Position numbers and translations under genes: made by a program
Notes under the pieces: model-generated
Database searches by the model: none
Seen by the model: the letters and a program-made list of their open reading frames with translations, nothing else
Told to the model about the DNA's origin: nothing
Shown: in pieces, positions 9,960 through 19,467 of the stretch
How the letters are laid out: the number at the start of each line of letters is the position of its first letter
Numbering within the stretch: position 1 is the stretch's first letter
IMG/VR virus record: IMGVR_UViG_3300036715_000626
Span: 1 to 64,000 of that record
Length of the DNA stretch: 64,000 nucleotides
Strand: one strand, 5' to 3'

Positions 9960-11557
9960 GCTATTCTTAACCTTTCGTGTTGAATAATAAATTCTGCAAG
10001 CTGTATCTTAAGATCGGAAGGAAGTATCTTGTTGATATTTTTATCTTCCCCTAGAACTTCAATAACGTAATTGTCGTAAGCCGTTGGTATCCAACGTTTT
10101 CCGAATAAATCATTTGTCATTTCGTTAATAGATTCTTCCACAAGATTAGCAGATGTTTCAGCATTAACAACTCTATTGTAAGGGAAGTAATAACCTAAAT
10201 CATCTTTAATGGTTTGTGATAGTCTAGAACGATTGACAGTAATGTTGATGTAATGAGCATTACTGCTAGAATTATCAACATACGCCGTTAATAACAAAGC
10301 CAGGTTCTTGTAACCCATACCCCATAAATAAATAAACCCTATTGATAATAGGTTAATGATACCTTCAATACGAATATAAGCCAATCCTCTTGGATCGATA
10401 ATATCCTTAAAGATAATTGCTAATAGGTTTATCTGTTGCTGGTGTATGTTACCCGTAAAGAAGTATCTACAGAATGCTAGTGCATCTATTAAAACCATAT
10501 TCGATACTGTTACTCTGCCTTGCATATCGATATCAAGAGAGATAGGCATTTGTGCCAATACCATATGTATATTAGAAACACTCCAGTCCATCTCTACCTC
10601 ATGACCAGGAGCAAGACTACTTGTCATACGATAACTTTCTAGAACCGATTCTTTATCACCCTCACCAGAGTCAGGATCTGATAAAACTGTCTTATCGCGT
10701 ATAGATTTTGAAACATCTCCGTTGTTACGAAGTTTGTTATTAATAAAGTTATACACCCGTGTGATTATGTTTTTTTCTTCATTATCATTAACGAGTGTAG
10801 CGATACTTATCTTTTGTATTACTACAATAGCCAAAATATACATAGACATTTCACTTTTAGGAATCTGTCTTTCGATAATACGGATAGCATCAGCTTCGTT
10901 ATCATTCGTAGGTGCCACTACTAACTTCTCTACCCAACCAAATAGTTTTAACATAGCTGGTGTCGCGAATAGTCTGTGTGAAGAGATAAAGTAGAATAAC
11001 AAATACTCTTTATGTGGACCAGAGAAATCTTTTTGCTTAACATACGCAAATTGACCTAATGGACCCATGACACTTTTAATAATAACCGCGAGTGCTGCGA
11101 ACTCTAGGTAATCATCTTTAAGATAGGTTTGTACTCGTGAACCTCTACCATCCTGTTCGATCAGCATATCGAACTCTTCTTTCAAATTGTTCGGAACTTT
11201 AAGACGATAGATATGCTTAATGTAATTAAACACATCTTCAATATCGAACATATCCAATATCGGATGAGCGATTTCGTATGGAAGAGGAGTTAGATCTTTA
11301 CGAGGAATACTGTTAACGATAGCATCATCAGCTTCTACATAAAGTTTAAAGAGTTCTTTCTTAAAGTCTTCACCTTTATAATCCACATAACTGTTCAATA
11401 ACATGAACTGGTGGTCTGGGTCTAACTCATCTTTGTTACGTTTGCTGATGATGCTACTAATAACAAATTCTACTACGTTACCACCATACTCTACAGCTAC
11501 AGTGATATCGCCGCGACTGCTAACGTTTAACAATCGATACATTTCGGTTCTTACCAT
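9956..11557 (-). CDS. Non-virion RNAP promoter-specificity subunit (phiKZ gp68-like)
   Basis: GSRVQTYLKDDYLE, DKESVLESYR, YFPY motifs, size and synteny. Start moved to ATG 11557 (AGGAG RBS). Confidence 0.75.
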   Translation of the reverse strand: MVRTEMYRLLNVSSRGDITVAVEYGGNVVEFVISSIISKRNKDELDPDHQFMLLNSYVDYKGEDFKKELFKLYVEADDAIVNSIPRKDLTPLPYEIAHPILDMFDIEDVFNYIKHIYRLKVPNNLKEEFDMLIEQDGRGSRVQTYLKDDYLEFAALAVIIKSVMGPLGQFAYVKQKDFSGPHKEYLLFYFISSHRLFATPAMLKLFGWVEKLVVAPTNDNEADAIRIIERQIPKSEMSMYILAIVVIQKISIATLVNDNEEKNIITRVYNFINNKLRNNGDVSKSIRDKTVLSDPDSGEGDKESVLESYRMTSSLAPGHEVEMDWSVSNIHMVLAQMPISLDIDMQGRVTVSNMVLIDALAFCRYFFTGNIHQQQINLLAIIFKDIIDPRGLAYIRIEGIINLLSIGFIYLWGMGYKNLALLLTAYVDNSSSNAHYINITVNRSRLSQTIKDDLGYYFPYNRVVNAETSANLVEESINEMTNDLFGKRWIPTAYDNYVIEVLGEDKNINKILPSDLKIQLAEFIIQHERLRIA

Positions 11558-11626
11558 TTCTTCTCCTGGTAATGATTTGCGCAAATCATCTTTTTGTGTT
11601 AATATACCATAACACCATGGTTATAT

Positions 11627-11640
11627 TAATAATATGTGGG
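11627..11640 (-). promoter_or_regulatory. Putative early promoter (CCCACATATTATTA)
   Basis: Near-identical to the 5052 motif; upstream of the gp68-like gene. Confidence 0.55.
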
Positions 11641-11656
11641 TAAAAAAATATAGACA

Positions 11657-11677
11657 TAGTACCAGAAACTGGTACTA
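11657..11677. terminator. Hairpin, 9-bp stem
   Basis: TAGTACCAG-AAA-CTGGTACTA overlapping the stop of 11675..12358, with a T-tract further along the minus strand. Confidence 0.6.
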
Positions 11678-12358
11678 CAGCAATTCTTCAATTGAACTAG
11701 TAAAGTCTATGTTAGAGGCGTTACTAGTAGATGGTGGTGTAGTTTGACGAGCCGTTGCTACCGGAACCGGTGTATTTTGTTTCACCATATCTGTATAAGC
11801 TTCTTTGGACATGATAGATTTTAAAAGATCCAAGTAACTTTTAGCATAAAGTGTGCTGAGGATACGTTTATCGGTGATAATGTTATTTAAATCATCGTAA
11901 AACACGAACCATTTATCCGATGGCATTAAATAGAACTTAAGTTTACGTTTACCCTCTTCAATCGCAGCGATAAAGATAACGCCTTCTTTATCACGACCAA
12001 CGTGTACTTTAGCCTGTAGGTAGATGGTATTAGTTTTAACACCATTTTCAAACTTAACGTTATTACAATCGATACTGTATTTGATTTCGTCTTTACTCGC
12101 GATTACTTTCTCAATCCGATCCATAAGGATACCGAATGTAACGTAGTCAAATGGAGCTGTGATGAATGTATCATAATTGAACTTAGCATTGGGTTGTCTA
12201 TTACCATTAGAGGTATAAACATTGATACGTGGATAACCCGCACGAATACTCCATGCTAGTAAACCATAATCATCTTTGTCGTTGTTGTCCTTGTAATCTT
12301 TACGTAGACTCAGTGGTGTAAGTTTAATAAACTTAACTGCGGGTTTTTGATCTGCCAT
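11675..12358 (-). CDS. phiKZ gp67-like core protein
   Basis: LAWSIRAGYPRINVYT, VGRDKEGVIFI; synteny. Confidence 0.65.
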   Translation of the reverse strand: MADQKPAVKFIKLTPLSLRKDYKDNNDKDDYGLLAWSIRAGYPRINVYTSNGNRQPNAKFNYDTFITAPFDYVTFGILMDRIEKVIASKDEIKYSIDCNNVKFENGVKTNTIYLQAKVHVGRDKEGVIFIAAIEEGKRKLKFYLMPSDKWFVFYDDLNNIITDKRILSTLYAKSYLDLLKSIMSKEAYTDMVKQNTPVPVATARQTTPPSTSNASNIDFTSSIEELL

Positions 12359-12367
12359 TTCATTCTC

Positions 12368-13207
12368 CTAAAATAATTTTCTGTAACCAGCGATCAACTC
12401 TTTGAGTAGAGAAGATTTAGACGTATCGTAGATAACTTTATCTCTGGTAGTTTTACCAGTCCAGTTATTGTCATGCGCGATATTGAACAGCTCTATACGA
12501 GTTGATAACTTCAGCGGTTTTGTTATGGTATTATCACCAAGTATATAGAGTAACTCTTCCATAAACGGAAATAGATCTAAAGGTTTGGCTCCGATAGAGT
12601 GATACTTTGTATTCCAATCTATCTTTTCTTTTAACTTTCCGGTATGTGATTCTAATAACGCAAGCTGTTTAACATTTTTAATGTTAAGCAAATCAGTAAC
12701 CATACTTGTTGTTATAAGAACCTTTCCTTCAGTAGGAACTAATTTGAAATCTGTTATTACTGGAAGCACAGATAACTTTGGTAACAGTTTTAATACCGTA
12801 CGAAGTTTTGATATTTCATCATACAGTTTACCATTACCAGGTCCTTTACCTGTGTTTAGAACTTGTGTTACCTTTAAGTAATCCGGCATGTAGATAAGCG
12901 GTTTACATTTAGTCCCATTGTACAATCCGGCTATAACACTTATCTCTTCGAGAACAGCTTCTATAAATGTCTTGTTATAGATAATGAGATCACGGTTTTT
13001 AACGTTAGTAGCTGAGATAATATTTCTAGCGAGTGTATAAACACTAAACACATGAAATTTATAATCATCAACTTTTAACTTGTTAGGTATCACGCGATCT
13101 TTATCGTACTTATCTATGGTATTCTCAAAAAGACTTTCAAGAGCCAATCCAGTACCAATAGATAATGGAAATGAACTAAACGTTCGGTCTAGAAAGATGT
13201 TATCCAT
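12368..13207 (-). CDS. phiKZ gp66-like core protein
   Basis: FPLSIGTGLALESL, TLARN, LLESHTGKLK...WNTKY, ILGD. Start set at ATG 13207 with GAGGAG RBS. Confidence 0.75.
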   Translation of the reverse strand: MDNIFLDRTFSSFPLSIGTGLALESLFENTIDKYDKDRVIPNKLKVDDYKFHVFSVYTLARNIISATNVKNRDLIIYNKTFIEAVLEEISVIAGLYNGTKCKPLIYMPDYLKVTQVLNTGKGPGNGKLYDEISKLRTVLKLLPKLSVLPVITDFKLVPTEGKVLITTSMVTDLLNIKNVKQLALLESHTGKLKEKIDWNTKYHSIGAKPLDLFPFMEELLYILGDNTITKPLKLSTRIELFNIAHDNNWTGKTTRDKVIYDTSKSSLLKELIAGYRKLF

Positions 13208-13397
13208 AGTAATTCTCCTCTTCATCGTAGATACATTCTTCAGCACATAAATAATCTTGTTTACCTATAAGTAAAAGATAGATATAAGCTACGCAAAAAG
13301 CGATACTACCAATTATAGACATTACAATCACTGCGGTCCATCCTAAAATAAGCGCACCAGCAGTTAGTATAAAATTCTTCACACCATTCATATTCAA
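13200..13397 (-). CDS. Small membrane protein
   Basis: 65 aa, long hydrophobic core, AAGGAG RBS near the start, early-promoter-like motif upstream. Confidence 0.6.
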   Translation of the reverse strand: MNMNGVKNFILTAGALILGWTAVIVMSIIGSIAFCVAYIYLLLIGKQDYLCAEECIYDEEENYYG

Positions 13398-13446
13398 CTC
13401 CTTAATAGTATACTTTAATAATATATCTTTAACATGTATTAAAAAC

Positions 13447-14586
13447 TTATGCTATTTTTTCTAGGATCAAATTGAACTCAGAACGGGCTACTGAAATAAG
13501 CGTGTTGTCTAGGTTATGTTTTTCTAATTCTTTAAATAGCAGCTCGTGAATATTATCTTTAGTTATATGGAAACTTTCTTCAATATTCTTAACCGTGAGC
13601 AGATCACTTGTATTAGAAACGTCTTCTTTATTACTGGTTTCTACTTTAATATTGTATCCGAGATACTTTTCACGCATTGCACGTATACTTTTATTAAGAT
13701 ATACTTCTTTAGGCACTATACACCGAACACTGCTACCCATAGGTAGCTTGTAAATCTTCTTATCCACATCATTAAGAATAGCTTCTATGTCCGTATCAGT
13801 ATACGTATAGGTTTTAAACAACATAGCGTGTTTATTTCTTACGAAAATAAACTCAGATTCGCGATCTTTAATAAGTTTTACAAAGATACCGCCTTTATCT
13901 TCTTCCTCGTTATGTGCAAGTCTATCAAAACTACCTTGAGCAAGTATACGATCAAATATTGAGGGAGTATGTATGTGCCCTATATGTATGTAGTACTTAA
14001 CTATATCTAGATAAAGACTCTCGTCGTGAGATGATTTAAGTTTTACCATTGGTAACTGATAGTTAAACTGCCCGTGCATGATAGCTATATCAACTTGAAC
14101 TAAATTATTCTCGATAAGAAGCTTTTTGACATCTTCATAAGTATCATGCGCGTCATGTTTATACTCATCTGGTATATATAACACATTAAGATTGTATTCT
14201 GGTATATTCTCGATATGGATTGTATCTATATACTTAAAATCTATATCTATACTTAACTTGGTTATTAAACTATTAATTAATTTAGATTGTCTCCAATCGT
14301 GAGACGGAGTACCTTCTAATATACGCAGTTTAATATTATTTGTACTGCAGTATAGTACCAATTCGGTTAACCATTCCATAGCTAACAAGTATTCTTTACT
14401 GTTATTAGTAAGTAACTTATCGAATATATCTCCCGCTAAGAAAATGATATTCAGTTGTTTAAATAACTTATGATTTTCTACCAAGTATTTTTTAAGATTC
14501 TCTATAATTTGTTCTGTTTTATTAGTATTATGTCCCAGATGAATATCACTAAGAACAAGATAGTTTATTATACTTTTCATATACAC
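13447..14586 (-). CDS. sbcD: SbcD/Mre11-like metallophosphoesterase nuclease
   Basis: SDIHLG, AGDIFD, LEGTPSHD, MHG, GHIH, QGSFDRL motifs. Confidence 0.9.
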   Translation of the reverse strand: MYMKSIINYLVLSDIHLGHNTNKTEQIIENLKKYLVENHKLFKQLNIIFLAGDIFDKLLTNNSKEYLLAMEWLTELVLYCSTNNIKLRILEGTPSHDWRQSKLINSLITKLSIDIDFKYIDTIHIENIPEYNLNVLYIPDEYKHDAHDTYEDVKKLLIENNLVQVDIAIMHGQFNYQLPMVKLKSSHDESLYLDIVKYYIHIGHIHTPSIFDRILAQGSFDRLAHNEEEDKGGIFVKLIKDRESEFIFVRNKHAMLFKTYTYTDTDIEAILNDVDKKIYKLPMGSSVRCIVPKEVYLNKSIRAMREKYLGYNIKVETSNKEDVSNTSDLLTVKNIEESFHITKDNIHELLFKELEKHNLDNTLISVARSEFNLILEKIA

Positions 14587-14661
14587 CCTTTGATTAATCA
14601 GATATAAACTTTATTTTAAAATATTATACGGTAATCGAAAAAACTGCTTATAATTGACTAA

Positions 14662-16809
14662 ATGACGCAAGGAGCGCGTATGATACTTTTTAAATCCAAT
14701 TGGGAAAATTACCCTGAAGCTATTATAGATTTAAAAACTTCTAATCCAACCTTTATACGCATAGCTGGGTTATACAAATCAATGGGTATTGAGAATGCTG
14801 AATTTTGTTTAGCGCTACACGATGTAACACTAGTAGGAGTTGACCCATACTCTACTGAATTAACTATGGAACAAAAACAACGTATTGCTATAGAATGTAA
14901 AATTAACCCGTGGTACTTTTTTAGAGAAGTCGTTAGAGTACCTGCTGTTGCTGGTCCCGATAATAAACCGTTAAGAGCTAATCGCCTTAACATCTCTTTA
15001 TTTTGGTTATTCTTTAACCACATAACCACTATGGCTATCGCACCACGTCAAACAGGTAAGAGTATTTCTACCGATAGTCTTATGATTTACTTATTCGCAG
15101 TAGCTACTCTTAATACGGATATAAATCTTCTTACTAAAGATGATAACCTTCGTATGAAAAATATACAACGTTTAAAAGATCTTAGAGATGGTTTACCACC
15201 ATATCTTAATCTTAAAACAAGAGCTGACACTAATAATACTGAAAAACTAACTATGTCTGCTTTAGGTAATACCTACCATTCTAACGTAGGGCAACCTTCT
15301 GATAAAGCAGCTCTTAACCTTGGTCGTGGTATGACCATTCCTATTAACCAAGTGGATGAGATTGCGTTTATTCGTAATATACAAATAACATTACCAGCTA
15401 TGCTCGCAGCTACTGGTGCTGCGCGTGACTCTGCTGAGGAAGCTGGTGCTCCATACGGCAATATTTTTACAACTACTCCTGGTTACTTAAGTAGTGAATC
15501 TGGTAAGTTCGCTTATAACATTTATAGCACTAGTTTCAGATGGACAGAAAAACTATTTGACTGCAGTGGTCTTCCTGAACTTAAAGATACTATTATTAAA
15601 AATACTCCTGGTAAAAATTACCGTGTACTGTTAGAATATAACCATCGTCAATTAGGGTTTACCGATGATTGGTTACGTGGTAAAATACAAGATGCTATGT
15701 CTTCTGGTGAAGATGCCGGAGCTGACTTCTTGAATCTATGGGCTGAAGGTAGTGAGGTATCTCCTATACCTAAACATTTACTTAAAGCTATTAAAGCTTC
15801 TGTTATTAAAGAACCGTATATCGAGATATCTAAATACGGATATATTACTCGTTGGTATATTAAAGAAGAGATTGTTAATAACAATATAGATAACCGTAAA
15901 GTAGTATTGTCTTTGGATACTTCTGATGCTGTTGGTAACGATGATATTGGTATGGTGTTAAGAGATGTTAGCACCGGAGAAGTATTAGCAGTTGGTGTTT
16001 ATAACGAAACTAACTTAATCACATTCTCAGAATGGATAGCGTATCTAATAGAACGCTTTCCTAACATGACAACTATTATAGAACGTCGCAGTAGTGGTGT
16101 TGCTATTATCGATAACTTATTGAAAATATTACCTACTATGGGAATCGATCCGTTTAGACGATTGTTTAACTGGGTTACTAACGATGCAGATGTTAACTTA
16201 CGTTATCGTGAGGAGGTGATAGATGTACCTATGGGTCGTAGAGATCTTAATGTGTATGTCAGATACCGAAAAGAGTTTGGATATGCTACATCAGGCTCTG
16301 GTAGAGCTGCTCGTGATAACCTATATGGTACTGCGTTTATGCCATCTATCAAATACACTGGTACTAGTGTTCGTGATAGAACACTTATCGATCAAATCTC
16401 CGGACTTACAAGACGTAATGACAGAATTGACCATGCTGTAGGTGAACACGATGACTTAGTTATCGCTTGGTTGCTTGGTTACTGGTTCTTATTAGAAGGT
16501 AAGAATAAACAATATTATGGTTTACCTAACAGTATTGTATTGTCCAATGTTATCATGACTATGATAAACGAAGAAGGCGGTCAAGAAGCTGTTGATAACA
16601 AGAATAGACAACTTAGAATAAAATCTGAGTTAGATGCTATGCTAGAACAATTACGTAGTGAACGTAATCCTATGAAATTACTTGTGTTACAGAATAGAAT
16701 AAAACACAAGTATAAAGATATTGATACTACGATTATACAATCGTTTAACATCGAATCTTTGTTAGAGAATATTATGTTAGAGAAAAAACGAAACATGAAC
16801 AGAAGATAA
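14662..16809 (+). CDS. terL: Terminase large subunit (phiKZ gp25-like)
   Basis: ECKINPWYFFREV, Walker A PRQTGKS, Walker B QVDEIAF, TTTPG, nuclease LDTSDAVG.D and HDDLVIAW. Start may be ATG 14680 (AGGAG). Confidence 0.93.
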   Translation: MTQGARMILFKSNWENYPEAIIDLKTSNPTFIRIAGLYKSMGIENAEFCLALHDVTLVGVDPYSTELTMEQKQRIAIECKINPWYFFREVVRVPAVAGPDNKPLRANRLNISLFWLFFNHITTMAIAPRQTGKSISTDSLMIYLFAVATLNTDINLLTKDDNLRMKNIQRLKDLRDGLPPYLNLKTRADTNNTEKLTMSALGNTYHSNVGQPSDKAALNLGRGMTIPINQVDEIAFIRNIQITLPAMLAATGAARDSAEEAGAPYGNIFTTTPGYLSSESGKFAYNIYSTSFRWTEKLFDCSGLPELKDTIIKNTPGKNYRVLLEYNHRQLGFTDDWLRGKIQDAMSSGEDAGADFLNLWAEGSEVSPIPKHLLKAIKASVIKEPYIEISKYGYITRWYIKEEIVNNNIDNRKVVLSLDTSDAVGNDDIGMVLRDVSTGEVLAVGVYNETNLITFSEWIAYLIERFPNMTTIIERRSSGVAIIDNLLKILPTMGIDPFRRLFNWVTNDADVNLRYREEVIDVPMGRRDLNVYVRYRKEFGYATSGSGRAARDNLYGTAFMPSIKYTGTSVRDRTLIDQISGLTRRNDRIDHAVGEHDDLVIAWLLGYWFLLEGKNKQYYGLPNSIVLSNVIMTMINEEGGQEAVDNKNRQLRIKSELDAMLEQLRSERNPMKLLVLQNRIKHKYKDIDTTIIQSFNIESLLENIMLEKKRNMNRR

Positions 16810-16838
16810 CTACTACGGTAACCCGTAGTAGTTATCTT
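16803..16838. terminator. Bidirectional hairpin, 16-bp stem
   Basis: AAGATAACTACTACGG-TAAC-CCGTAGTAGTTATCTT between convergent genes. Confidence 0.75.
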
Positions 16839-16839
16839 G

Positions 16840-19032
16840 TTATGTCGAGAATGTTAAGGTATTGTCAAGAAGCAGCGTTATACTGTCCCACTTCTTATCT
16901 CCTGTAGCTTCACTAATGTTTCTATCGCGAGTAAGGATCAGATCTCTAAACGTATATGTTCTTAAGAGGTTACCATCTATCCAATGCAAAGTTCCGCTAT
17001 CCGCATACGTAGTACCTTCAATAGTAATACTATTATACATATAAGGATTTTCAATAGTAATCAATTGTCCTGCGTTAACTACAAGATCGGTAGTAGCATC
17101 TACGGTAGCAATATCGACAGTAGTAGTATACGTATTTGAAACATAAGTATAGACTTTCTGCGGGTCTTTTACATTAGAAGATACTCTTAGGATATCGCCA
17201 TTACGTAAGACAATACTATTTAAATACTCCATAGAGTCTGCGTGGTCGTTATCATTGTGTACTATAGTGTAATCCGTAGTGTCCAATAATATTGTACGCT
17301 GATTACTTACTTCAGGACCAACTTCACTAGCATTAAAGATTACTACTTTATAATCTCTTCTGGTATAAAGTTGGAAATTATAAATATACTTAGATATGTC
17401 AATAGGTAATGTTCCTACGTTAGTCCATGTGTCTGTAGAAATCTTATATTTCCAAATATCGTTATTAGTTCTCGTAAATACATTAACATCATTAAGTGTT
17501 TCAAACGTATTACTTCCGCCAATAGCTAATATGGTGTCCGTATCGACTGATACTAAGCTTACGTATCTGGTAGCGTTAAATGGTAGCGGTTTTACAATGG
17601 TTATTTCCATAGTTTCGGTATTAAGTTTCTTAAGAGACAGATTGATTTCGTTACCTTGTGAATCAAGCTCTAAGGTAGGTACATAATAAACTTCGTTATG
17701 ATTAACTACTGCTGCTGATGTAGACATACCCGTAGAGTAACGTTCATTTTCACGTATAACAGTATTTATCTCAGTGAGTTCATGTGTTATAGTATTGTAA
17801 TCATAAAGTGTAAAACGGCTTTTCTTATATTTATTGTGATTAACATCTAAACTATAGTCTACTAATAGTCTACCTGAATTCAGAGGTATGAAATTAAAGA
17901 ATGGTATATCCAAAGGATCTTTAGTTCCTACAATAGATAATAATGTACCGACTTCAAGAAGCTGTTTATTACTAATAACATATCGATAGATATTTGTATC
18001 GTTATTTTTAACACCGAAGATAGTTCCGTTATAGAATTGACTTGTAGATTGAATAACGGTGCTATTTAACACTAACGGTTGTGTGTAAGTATATGCATCA
18101 AGATAACTTATATTATCGCTAAACTCTATAAGTTGGTTATTTTTAATAACTGATTTAAAGACAGTTCTATATTTGGTAACAGAACCATCGATAAGTTTAA
18201 TGCGCGCTTGTACCGTATACTTAATGTTAGGGCGTAACACACCGGTGTATATGCGAGGTGTTTTAGAAGTTTGATCGTAGTTGCTTGCTACGATATCTCC
18301 TAGATCATCCCTTATAATAATATCTACTGTTTTGAACTTACTTGTAAATACCTTAAGTACAAAATATAACCATTGTTCTGGTACTAATGGAAATGGAGTA
18401 GTGATATCGAAAATACCACTATCATTGTTATAAATAGTAAATGAAGTAATACCAAAATTAGAACTATTCTTATTCGTAGAGTTATACTGTACTTTTATTA
18501 GATAAATCTTGTTAAGAGACATCTCCCCTAGATCTACAGTAAACGAAGTAAGATTATCCTTATCGTTTTTACGTTCATAAACAACTTTACCATCGGTATC
18601 TGTAATTATCCATGTTGTAGACTCGTGGTTTCCAACACCTGTAAACAATTGAAATTTACTAGCATTAATTACTAAATGACCTTCAATATTACCATCGTAG
18701 TCAAGTTCGTACGAAACTTTTGGTGTAGAGATAGCCGAACTAGAAACCTTAAGCCCTATCTGTAATGAATCAAAAGGAACAATATTACTCCAACCGGATG
18801 TACTACTATCGCTAAAATGATACATCGTTCTTACGTATAATGTACCGACAATGCTATTGTCGATACTAACATCATATGATGTCAGATTTATAACGTCGTT
18901 TAAAGAATTCGCTATAAGTAGATTATCGGTAAAAGCATCATCCTTGGATACTTGCCAAGATGTTCCGGTGTGTAGTATTGGTAATGCTGAATTAATGTTT
19001 GGTGTTTCTACATGTAATCTTATTGTTCTCAT
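16840..19032 (-). CDS. Putative virion protein: beta-sandwich repeats plus Kelch-like propeller
   Basis: Two H..T.W modules at the N-terminus; ILAIGG...DIWKY..STDTW..VG.LP Kelch-like repeat. Confidence 0.65.
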   Translation of the reverse strand: MRTIRLHVETPNINSALPILHTGTSWQVSKDDAFTDNLLIANSLNDVINLTSYDVSIDNSIVGTLYVRTMYHFSDSSTSGWSNIVPFDSLQIGLKVSSSAISTPKVSYELDYDGNIEGHLVINASKFQLFTGVGNHESTTWIITDTDGKVVYERKNDKDNLTSFTVDLGEMSLNKIYLIKVQYNSTNKNSSNFGITSFTIYNNDSGIFDITTPFPLVPEQWLYFVLKVFTSKFKTVDIIIRDDLGDIVASNYDQTSKTPRIYTGVLRPNIKYTVQARIKLIDGSVTKYRTVFKSVIKNNQLIEFSDNISYLDAYTYTQPLVLNSTVIQSTSQFYNGTIFGVKNNDTNIYRYVISNKQLLEVGTLLSIVGTKDPLDIPFFNFIPLNSGRLLVDYSLDVNHNKYKKSRFTLYDYNTITHELTEINTVIRENERYSTGMSTSAAVVNHNEVYYVPTLELDSQGNEINLSLKKLNTETMEITIVKPLPFNATRYVSLVSVDTDTILAIGGSNTFETLNDVNVFTRTNNDIWKYKISTDTWTNVGTLPIDISKYIYNFQLYTRRDYKVVIFNASEVGPEVSNQRTILLDTTDYTIVHNDNDHADSMEYLNSIVLRNGDILRVSSNVKDPQKVYTYVSNTYTTTVDIATVDATTDLVVNAGQLITIENPYMYNSITIEGTTYADSGTLHWIDGNLLRTYTFRDLILTRDRNISEATGDKKWDSITLLLDNTLTFST

Positions 19033-19040
19033 TGGTTCTC

Positions 19041-19388
19041 CTAATGCATATTAATAGCGACACTAGTTGTGACGATATCTGGTTTATTTTTTTCCGTAAT
19101 TGTAACTGCTTGTATGTTTTGGTTAGCTACTGGTAATACAAACCATTCTGAAACTGCATCATCGACATGTACTTTAACTCTAGCGTAAAGTTGATCTAAA
19201 TCAGCATAATATCCGTTACCCGTTATAAACGGTAATGGGGAATGCCACTCTTTAACATTAACGGTATCGTTTATAGATTCGTCGATGATCTGTGTGAAGC
19301 CAGAATCAAGTGCTATTTGCCAAGTAGTAGCATTATGAACACCATCTGACGAAATATCAATATAATCTTGTATTATTAAGCGTGCCAT
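19041..19388 (-). CDS. Small protein, single copy of the N-terminal module of the downstream gene
   Basis: HNATTWQIALDSGFT...SINDTVN vs HTGTSWQVSKDDAFT...SLNDVIN. Confidence 0.7.
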   Translation of the reverse strand: MARLIIQDYIDISSDGVHNATTWQIALDSGFTQIIDESINDTVNVKEWHSPLPFITGNGYYADLDQLYARVKVHVDDAVSEWFVLPVANQNIQAVTITEKNKPDIVTTSVAINMH

Positions 19389-19467
19389 ATCATTCCTTAT
19401 ATATTCTCATTATCAGAAAAAGTACTCGTAGAATTATAATATTAGTGAATAAACCCTAAGGAATACC

